A stretch of 64,000 nt of DNA, taken from NCBI GenBank assembly GCA_040387855.1, contig JAZKCY010000001.1:718922-782921 (forward strand). The letters are read 5' to 3'. The stretch's first letter is position 1. Every line of letters starts with the position of its first letter. This stretch comes from Patescibacteria group bacterium (GTDB taxonomy: Bacteria; Patescibacteriota; Minisyncoccia; Phycocordibacterales; JAKAEA01). The notes beneath the pieces are model-generated. The model saw only the letters and a list, made by a program, of their open reading frames with translations, did no database searches and was not told the origin of the DNA. Shown in pieces: positions 53,904 through 61,382 of this stretch. A program made the translations under genes and the position numbers.

Positions 53904-54878
53904 TTATACACCTCTCAAAATCTTCACAAGATCATCTTTGAGTGATTTAACAACAGCATCATCATACGCAGTCACTGTCAGTACATTTTTATTTAGTTTT
54001 GAAATCTCTTTGATCTTTGCTTTAAGTGTTTTCTCATCCACAGTGTCAGTCTTTGTGAGAATAATAAGCTCTGGCTTATCTGCCAAATCTTTACTGAATT
54101 TTTCCAGCTCTTTTCGTACGGTTGTATAGATCTCTATAATATCTTCGTTTTCCAATGACACGCAATGAAAGAGCATCTTCGTGCGCTTAATATGTCGCAA
54201 AAACTTCACGCCAAGTCCCTTACCTTCTGAGGCACCTTCAATAAGTCCTGGAATATCAGCAAGAATAAATCCTTCCATATTTCCAAGAGCTGGATCAAGC
54301 GTTGTGAAAGCGTAGTTACCCACCTTAGATCGAGCATTGGTCAATTCATTGAGTAGACTTGATTTACCAGCGTTTGGCTGACCAACAAGTCCGGCATCTG
54401 CAACGAGCTCAAGCTCTATAAAGAAATGAGCATCTTCTCCATCTTTACCTGGAGTCCATTCTGTAGGTGATGTGTTGGTAGAAGCTTTAAAATGTTCGTT
54501 ACCCAAACCTCCACGCCCTCCCTTTAATACCAAAATTTCCTGACCCTCTTTAAGGAGATTAAATACTTTGCCGTTATCAAGATTTTTAACAATAGAACCT
54601 AGTGGTAAATCAATGTAGAGAGCTTCTCCGTTTTTGCCATGACGACTATTTTTCTGTCCCGCTTCCCCTCGTTCTGCCAAAAATTCTTTTGTGTGCTTAT
54701 GTTTTGAAAGGAGCTGAATATCTCGAACAGCTCGAATGTAAACATCCCCTCCTTTTCCTCCGTTGCCTCCTGATGCACCTGAAAACTCTTTTGACTTTTC
54801 ATGAAGCCAACGAACAACACCGTCGCCTCCACGACCAGCTTTGGCGTAAAACTCTAATTCATCAATTAATGCGGCCAT
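53904..54878 (-). CDS. obg: GTPase Obg/CgtA (short, without the C-terminal extension)
   Basis: An N-terminal Obg fold with glycine-rich 'GGNGGKGGDVY' and 'GGRGGLGN' is followed by the G domain 'GQPNAGKSSLL'. Confidence 0.9.
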   Translation of the reverse strand: MAALIDELEFYAKAGRGGDGVVRWLHEKSKEFSGASGGNGGKGGDVYIRAVRDIQLLSKHKHTKEFLAERGEAGQKNSRHGKNGEALYIDLPLGSIVKNLDNGKVFNLLKEGQEILVLKGGRGGLGNEHFKASTNTSPTEWTPGKDGEDAHFFIELELVADAGLVGQPNAGKSSLLNELTNARSKVGNYAFTTLDPALGNMEGFILADIPGLIEGASEGKGLGVKFLRHIKRTKMLFHCVSLENEDIIEIYTTVRKELEKFSKDLADKPELIILTKTDTVDEKTLKAKIKEISKLNKNVLTVTAYDDAVVKSLKDDLVKILRGV

Positions 54879-54905
54879 AATAGTGTAGTCTTACCTATAA
54901 ATATG

Positions 54906-55319
54906 CTATTTGTCTAGTCGAGCTTTAATATCTTTCAAAATTGTCTCAAATAATTCAAACCTTTTTGAAAGGTGTTTAATCTCATCAGCTTCTTCCCTAA
55001 GTTCAGCGGCTTCACGTTCTACAAGCTTCTTTTCTTGTTTTAATCCCGATAATATAATTTTATCTGTTATAAAGAATGAGACGAACAAACCAGTCATTAA
55101 TAACAGCAAACAACTTACAGCTACAGAGAGCACGCCATTCAACCAATAGAGATTTTCTGGCAAGTAGAGTGAAAGTTGATCAGTCGTGACCCATACACCT
55201 CTCCAAAAAAGAACAATTCCAACTCCTCCAATAAATGTATAGATAATAGGATAGCGAGATAATCGTCCTCGAATTCTGTCCTCTAATTTATCAAAATATC
55301 TAACGATCTTTTTCAACAT
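54906..55319 (-). CDS. hypothetical membrane protein with C-terminal coiled coil
   Basis: The 137-aa product has two TM helices and then 'EKKLVEREAAELREEADEIKHL'. It overlaps the upstream gene by 20 nt. Confidence 0.5.
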   Translation of the reverse strand: MLKKIVRYFDKLEDRIRGRLSRYPIIYTFIGGVGIVLFWRGVWVTTDQLSLYLPENLYWLNGVLSVAVSCLLLLMTGLFVSFFITDKIILSGLKQEKKLVEREAAELREEADEIKHLSKRFELFETILKDIKARLDK

Positions 55320-56346
55320 GTGATGTTAGTATCATAGGATATATATGCAAAAGTGCAAAGAAGAATGCAAGAACAATTGGACCAAGAAGAAATCCTATTG
55401 GACCAAAGAAGACAATTCCACCAAGAACTGAGATCAAAACAAGGAGTGGATGGATTTTAATTCCCCTGTTTAATAAATATGGTGTGAGGAAGTTATCAAC
55501 AAGTCCAACGACTGCAACTTGCCAAATTAATAATCCAATGCCGTTTCCAGTATCGCCAATAATGAATAGATATACTACAGCTGGGAACATTACAAGAGCT
55601 GTTCCAAATCCAGGAATAAGACTTGCGATTGTTGCACACACTCCCCACAAAATAGGATTTGAAAGACCAAATATCCATACACCGAGTGCTGCCAATGTTC
55701 CTTGTACTATTGCGATTACGAGAGATCCTTTAATAACAGAATTTATTGCAGCTGAAAGTCGCTCGAGAATTTCTTGATCATACTTATTTGAGAGTGGACT
55801 CAAACTTAAATAGTGCGACTTTAATGCATCACCATCTCGAAGTAAATAAAACAACGTAATTAACATCAAAAACAAACCAATAGTTATATTCAAAAAACTT
55901 GAAAATAACGTGCCCAAATGTGAGACAACCCACTGCAATCCATACTGCACATATTCTGCAACATTAAGATTTACGTTTGGGGCAAACCCTTGAATATATC
56001 TTTCAATATTTTCCACACCTCGTGAAACCACTTGCACTCCTCCACCATTTGATGCAATTGAACTATACAATCCTTGAGCTTCAGCCAAAAGTAATCCTCC
56101 AACTAATACAAAAGGAATAAGCACAGCAACAATCACAACGCCTACGGTTGCCAAGGCTGAAATTCCTGAGCGACCATTACTATGTTTTAGAATTCGATTA
56201 TAAAGTGGTCGAAATACTACAGAAAAAGAGAACGCTAAAATAAGCGCAGTTAAAAATGGAGCAAAGATAAAAAACATAATGAGCCCAGACCCAGCTAAAA
56301 GTAACAGAAAGAAATTGTGTTGTAATCGGTTGTTTGTAGTATCCAT
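55300..56346 (-). CDS. AI-2E family transporter (PerM/UPF0118)
   Basis: The 348-aa product has the 8-TM topology and the N-terminal pattern 'FFLLLLAGSGLIMFFIFAPFLTALILAFSFSVVFRPLYNRI' typical of AI-2E/YhhT proteins. Confidence 0.7.
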   Translation of the reverse strand: MDTTNNRLQHNFFLLLLAGSGLIMFFIFAPFLTALILAFSFSVVFRPLYNRILKHSNGRSGISALATVGVVIVAVLIPFVLVGGLLLAEAQGLYSSIASNGGGVQVVSRGVENIERYIQGFAPNVNLNVAEYVQYGLQWVVSHLGTLFSSFLNITIGLFLMLITLFYLLRDGDALKSHYLSLSPLSNKYDQEILERLSAAINSVIKGSLVIAIVQGTLAALGVWIFGLSNPILWGVCATIASLIPGFGTALVMFPAVVYLFIIGDTGNGIGLLIWQVAVVGLVDNFLTPYLLNRGIKIHPLLVLISVLGGIVFFGPIGFLLGPIVLAFFFALLHIYPMILTSHVEKDR

Positions 56347-56353
56347 GATGTTA

Positions 56354-57640
56354 TTATTTAAAATATTTTTTTATACCGTGGCTTAACGCAAATGTGAGCG
56401 GCTTTCGCAAAATTACTTGAGCATTCTTTCCAAGAGGAAATTTTCGAGATGGTGAAAACACTTCATCAAACTCATCCCTACCTTCTAGTATCTTATCAGC
56501 AATGTACTCTCCAAGGCTAGCAGCCCAAGGCAATCCAGCACAAGCACCAATAAAAAACATATTTTTATTTACTGGATCTCTTCCTGCTATAGGAAGAAAA
56601 TCTTTTGATACACCTATGAGTCCTCCCCACATGTACTCAAAGTGAACAGGTACATGCGGAAATTTTTCTTTTAGATAGCGATACATTTTTCGCAAAATAC
56701 CATCTGTATATGAAGATTCATTTTTATTGTATGTATGAACAATACTTGATGAGCCAAGCAATAATCTATTACCTTCAACTAATCGATAGTATTGATATAT
56801 AAGATCAGTATCCCACACCATAACTGGTGCATTTGGAAAAAGTGCATTTACTGATGCATGAGGTAATGGCTCTGAAATAGCGAGAAACGTTTGAGCATGA
56901 TACACCTCATCTTTTGCAATGTTAAAATCTGGCAAAAATCGATCAGTACATACGACAACTTTATCGGCTTGAATAATAAACTTCTCAGTTCTAATTCCTA
57001 CAGGAGTTATTTCAGTAACAGGAGTTTCTTCATAAATAGCCATACTATCACGCTGCAATGATTCTTTGAGCTCTTGGCAATATAAATATGAAATCATTCC
57101 AAATGTATCTTTTGTACGGACACCTCCCATATATGTATCAGTACCTAAAATACTTTTAATTCTCTTTTCGTCAAAAAGAAATGCATTATACCCAGCTTTC
57201 TTTTGTGCTCTAAATTCAGCTTCAACTTTCTTGTATCCTTTTTGATCATTTGCAACGTAGAGAGAATCTTGTACAGAAAAATCACATGGAAGATTTCTAC
57301 GTTGGATTGTTTCTTTAATAGATGTGACCCCTTTTTTTACAAAATCCCACAACTTTTTTGCCTTTTCTTCACCGTATTCTTTTACCAAATCAGAAAGTTC
57401 CAGCTCTGAGTCAGGTGTGATAAATCCAGAGCTTTTTCCACTAGCTCCCGCACCACAGATTCCAGCTTCAACAACAACTACTTTCAAGTTTTTATTATCT
57501 CGTCTAATTCTTTGAGCACACATAAGTCCGGCCATGCCTCCTCCTACCACTACAATATCCACGACAAGATCCCGATCCAAATGGACCGGTTTAGGCTTCT
57601 TTAAGGTATACCAATAAACTTCTTTTGCCGGCTTTTTCAA
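56354..57640 (-). CDS. FAD-dependent oxidoreductase (DAO/glycine-oxidase-like)
   Basis: Rossmann motif 'DIVVVGGGMAGLMCA'; 428 aa. Confidence 0.7.
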   Translation of the reverse strand: MKKPAKEVYWYTLKKPKPVHLDRDLVVDIVVVGGGMAGLMCAQRIRRDNKNLKVVVVEAGICGAGASGKSSGFITPDSELELSDLVKEYGEEKAKKLWDFVKKGVTSIKETIQRRNLPCDFSVQDSLYVANDQKGYKKVEAEFRAQKKAGYNAFLFDEKRIKSILGTDTYMGGVRTKDTFGMISYLYCQELKESLQRDSMAIYEETPVTEITPVGIRTEKFIIQADKVVVCTDRFLPDFNIAKDEVYHAQTFLAISEPLPHASVNALFPNAPVMVWDTDLIYQYYRLVEGNRLLLGSSSIVHTYNKNESSYTDGILRKMYRYLKEKFPHVPVHFEYMWGGLIGVSKDFLPIAGRDPVNKNMFFIGACAGLPWAASLGEYIADKILEGRDEFDEVFSPSRKFPLGKNAQVILRKPLTFALSHGIKKYFK

Positions 57641-57651
57641 AGTAATCCTAA

Positions 57652-58116
57652 CTACTTAATAAACGTGAAAATAATAATTGCATTCGCGAGTAAGGCCACA
57701 AGATAATATCCGCTGTTTAATATATATAATGCCCAAGGCTTTGGCTTTGCATTAAAGAGATACTCTCCTGTCATTGATGTTGCAACAAATCCAACCCATG
57801 CAAACAAAGCAATGGTGAGAGCTCCGTTCATACTGAGTACAAACATATTTTCTATAAATAAAGCAAGAACATATGCCATTACCACGGCTGAGATGGCCAT
57901 AAAAACATAGGCAAATTTTGCTCGCTTCTTTGCCTCAGGGGTCATCTCAGCAGTCATGCCTACAAGTTGCATCCATTTAGTCCCAAACATGACTGGTGAA
58001 TACCAGAGCATGCCAATGACCATTGTTGAGAACGCTGCAAGCACGACAGGCAACACATTTATTGCATAGATGAGCATGTAAAATAGATCTATCTTGTAAT
58101 AGAGCGATTTTAGCAC
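57652..58116 (-). CDS. DUF1761-like small membrane protein
   Basis: The product has 4 TM helices and 'IGMLWYSPVMFGTKWM', typical of that family. The start may be the Met at 58077. Confidence 0.5.
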   Translation of the reverse strand: MLKSLYYKIDLFYMLIYAINVLPVVLAAFSTMVIGMLWYSPVMFGTKWMQLVGMTAEMTPEAKKRAKFAYVFMAISAVVMAYVLALFIENMFVLSMNGALTIALFAWVGFVATSMTGEYLFNAKPKPWALYILNSGYYLVALLANAIIIFTFIK

Positions 58117-58141
58117 GTTTTAGGCCGTTTGTCAGCTGAGA

Positions 58142-59692
58142 TTACTTTTTGAGTAAACTTGTACCAGTCATTGATTCAGGCTGCTTGATATCAAGAACTT
58201 CTAGAATAGTTGGAGTAATATCAGCAAGTCCACCGCCTGTTCGCATCTCTCCATCAGCTGATGTCAAAATTGCTGGCACGGGATTAATAGTATGTGAAGT
58301 ATGTTTGGTTCCTGTAATAGGATCGATATTTACTTCTGCATTTCCGTGATCAGCAGTAACAAATGCAACACCTCCGTTCTTTTCAATAGCTGCAATTACT
58401 CTTCCAAGTTGCATATCTACTTCCTCAACTGCTTCAATAATTGCAGGAACATTTGCGGTGTGGCCTACCATGTCAGGATTTGCAAAATTGATAAAGATAA
58501 AGTTAGTTCCCTTTTCTATTTCCTCAATTGCTTTGTCAGCAATAGCTTCTGCTCGCATCTTTGGAGCTAAATCGTGTGTTGGAACATCTTTTCGACTATC
58601 AAGAAGAATATGTGACTCGCCTTCATGAGGATTTTCTTTTCCTCCGTTTAAGAAATAGGTAGCATGGGGGAACTTTTCTGTTTCTGCCAAGTGAGCTTGG
58701 GTCATTCCTACTTTTGAGATTTCTGCAGCAAGTGTTGTTTCGATAGTTGCTTGAGGATATGCCACTTTTGCTGCGAGAGTCTTTTCATATTCTGTAAGAG
58801 TCACAAACAAGATATTGTGTGTTTCTTTTTTCTCTACAATTTTCTTTGAGATTTGTCGGGCTCGATCTGCGCGAAAGTTGAAAAAGAATACTCCATCGTT
58901 TTTTTCTACTTTCCATGCCTTTCCTGATTCATCTAGAAACACCATAGGTTCAAGGTGTTCATCGAGCTTTCCTTCTTTATAAAGTTCTCGCACAACAGCA
59001 GATGGCTTTGTTCCTTGAATTGTTTTACCTTTACCGTGAAAAAGTGCATCTTCAGCTTTCTGAATACGATCCCAGTTGTTATCGCGATCCATAGCATAGA
59101 ATCGTCCTGTAGCAGAGGCAATAAATCCAATACCAATATCTTCAAGAGATTTTTCAAGATCTGTTAAAAAGTCACCAGCACTTTGAGGAGGAGCATCACG
59201 GCCATCGGTAAATACATGAATAGCGATTTTTGTTACTCCGGCATTTTTGGCAGCGCGCACAAATGCAACGAGGTGATCTGAGTGAGCATGAACACCACCA
59301 GTTCCAAGGAGTCCTTTTACATGGAGTGTTGAATCATGCTTTTTCACATGTTCAAACAAATCTCGAAAAGCAGGATTGGTTTCAAACTCTCCGTTGGTAA
59401 TAGCCTTCGCAATTCGCACCAAGTCAGTATCAATTACTTTTCCAGCACCAATAGTAGTATGTCCGATTTCTGAGTTGCCCATCTGGCCTTGAGGCAAGCC
59501 TACAGCAAGTCCTGATGCATCAAGCAATGTATGAGGATACTTTTCCCAGAGCGCATTAAATACAGGCGTCTTAGCAGCCTTAATTGCATTATCTTTTGAC
59601 TCTTCTCGATAACCCCAACCATCCAAAACAATGAGTGTGACGTTCTTATTTTTCATAGATATATACTGTAGCATTTCATACATTTTCTTCAA
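58142..59692 (-). CDS. gpmI: 2,3-bisphosphoglycerate-independent phosphoglycerate mutase
   Basis: 'LIVLDGWGYRE', 'GNSEVGHTTIGAG' and the C-terminal phosphatase-like domain are present. The probable start is the Met at 59656. Confidence 0.9.
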   Translation of the reverse strand: MKKMYEMLQYISMKNKNVTLIVLDGWGYREESKDNAIKAAKTPVFNALWEKYPHTLLDASGLAVGLPQGQMGNSEIGHTTIGAGKVIDTDLVRIAKAITNGEFETNPAFRDLFEHVKKHDSTLHVKGLLGTGGVHAHSDHLVAFVRAAKNAGVTKIAIHVFTDGRDAPPQSAGDFLTDLEKSLEDIGIGFIASATGRFYAMDRDNNWDRIQKAEDALFHGKGKTIQGTKPSAVVRELYKEGKLDEHLEPMVFLDESGKAWKVEKNDGVFFFNFRADRARQISKKIVEKKETHNILFVTLTEYEKTLAAKVAYPQATIETTLAAEISKVGMTQAHLAETEKFPHATYFLNGGKENPHEGESHILLDSRKDVPTHDLAPKMRAEAIADKAIEEIEKGTNFIFINFANPDMVGHTANVPAIIEAVEEVDMQLGRVIAAIEKNGGVAFVTADHGNAEVNIDPITGTKHTSHTINPVPAILTSADGEMRTGGGLADITPTILEVLDIKQPESMTGTSLLKK

Positions 59693-59741
59693 TTTGACAT
59701 ATTTAAATAATATGGTATTTTAACTCCAGTCAAGGAGATAC

Positions 59742-59954
59742 ATGCCCAATCATCGAAAAGTGGTCATCGTTCAGGTGTTGGCACTCATCATCACGATCAT
59801 GATGATCGTAGGATGTTGCTACATCTGTATGACATCCAGCAGTGGCACTACCATTGTGGTGTCATCACTCGTCTGTTTAGTGGTATTGATCTTGGGTATG
59901 TACATCTGCATGCAACCAAGGAAGATTATTTCGTGGATCACACTCCGAGTTTAG
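59742..59954 (+). CDS. hypothetical small Cys-rich membrane protein (70 aa)
   Basis: The product has two TM helices. Its stop codon is embedded in the hairpin ccgagt-ttag-actcgg, which is followed by a T-run (59945-59972). Confidence 0.35.
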   Translation: MPNHRKVVIVQVLALIITIMMIVGCCYICMTSSSGTTIVVSSLVCLVVLILGMYICMQPRKIISWITLRV

Positions 59955-59977
59955 ACTCGGTTTTTTATTTTTATACA

Positions 59978-60016
59978 AAAAAAAGCCCCGGATCTAGCCG
60001 GGGCTTTTTATTTTTT
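59978..60016. terminator. bidirectional terminator downstream of eno
   Basis: 'aaaaaaaagccccggatctagccggggctttttatttttt'. Confidence 0.75.
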
Positions 60017-60020
60017 CTAA

Positions 60021-61301
60021 TTACGCTTTGAAAGCATTCTTTCCTGGAAATACTGCTTTTGCGGCAAGCATTTCTTCGATTCGGAGAAGCTGGTTGTACT
60101 TAGCAGTTCGTTCTGATCGGCAAAGTGATCCAGTCTTGATCTGTCCTGTTCCAAGTCCTACTACAAAATCTGAAATAGTTGTGTCTTCTGTTTCTCCAGA
60201 TCGATGTGATACAACTGATGTGAATCCTGCGTTTCGTGCCATCACGATAGCATCGATGGTTTCTGACACTGTTCCAATCTGATTGAGTTTAATCAAGATT
60301 GAGTTAGCAGCCTTTCGTTCAATTCCCTGCTTCAATCTTTCAGGATTAGTAACAAATAGATCGTCTCCCACAATCTGTACTTTCTTTCCAATCTTCTTGG
60401 TCATGAGTTCGTATCCAGTCCAATCATCTTCTGAAAGTCCGTCTTCAATTGAAACAATAGGATACTTTGATACCCATTCTGCATAGAGGTCTACCATTTC
60501 TTCTGAAGATAATACTTTACCTTCTGATTCGAGATGATATTTTCCATCCTTGTAGAGTTCTGATGCAGCACCGTCGATAGCAATTCCAATATCCTTTCCT
60601 GCCTTGTATCCTGCTTTCTCGATAGCTTCGAGAATTACTTCAATAGCAGCTTCGTTCTTTGGAAGTGATGGAGCAAATCCCCCTTCGTCTCCTACTGATG
60701 TTGAAAATCCTTTTGATACAAGAATCTTCTTAAGAGCATGGAATACTTCGGTTCCCATTTGAAGCGCTTGCTTGAAAGTCTTTGCTCCAACTGGCATTAC
60801 CATAAATTCCTGAAGGTCGGTTGACTTAATAGCATGCTTTCCTCCGTTTAAAATATTCATCATTGGAAGAGGCAATCGTACTTCCTTTGTCTTTGAAATA
60901 GTTTGGAAGTATTTGTAGAGAGGTTGCTTCTTTGATTTTGCTGTTGCATGTGCGAATGCCATTGAGATTCCAAGGATAGCATTAGCTCCAAGCTTTCCTT
61001 TGTTTGGAGTTCCATCAAGCTCAATCATTGCTTCGTCGATACTTCGCTGAGTAAACTCTTTTCCCTTAAGCGCTTTCTTGAGATGAGTATTTACGTTTTC
61101 TACTGCTTTCTCAACGCCCTTTCCACCATATCGCTTTGCACCGTCTCGGAGCTCTACTGCTTCATGAGTTCCTGTTGAAGCACCTGATGGTACTGCTGCT
61201 CGGCCCATTGAGCCGTCATCAAGCCAAAGGTCAACTTCTACGGTTGGATTCCCTCGAGAGTCCAAAATTTCTCGTCCCTTAATATCCTTAATTTTTGCCA
61301 T
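60021..61301 (-). CDS. eno: enolase
   Basis: '[25 protein letters not shown]' is present and the product is conserved across its full 426-aa length. Confidence 0.95.
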   Translation of the reverse strand: MAKIKDIKGREILDSRGNPTVEVDLWLDDGSMGRAAVPSGASTGTHEAVELRDGAKRYGGKGVEKAVENVNTHLKKALKGKEFTQRSIDEAMIELDGTPNKGKLGANAILGISMAFAHATAKSKKQPLYKYFQTISKTKEVRLPLPMMNILNGGKHAIKSTDLQEFMVMPVGAKTFKQALQMGTEVFHALKKILVSKGFSTSVGDEGGFAPSLPKNEAAIEVILEAIEKAGYKAGKDIGIAIDGAASELYKDGKYHLESEGKVLSSEEMVDLYAEWVSKYPIVSIEDGLSEDDWTGYELMTKKIGKKVQIVGDDLFVTNPERLKQGIERKAANSILIKLNQIGTVSETIDAIVMARNAGFTSVVSHRSGETEDTTISDFVVGLGTGQIKTGSLCRSERTAKYNQLLRIEEMLAAKAVFPGKNAFKA

Positions 61302-61382
61302 ACTGTATATAAAATAGTTATTATCTTTTTACCTAAATTCTTAACAAGAGAAGTCTATCACGTTTTTAAAGAAGGTAAAGTG

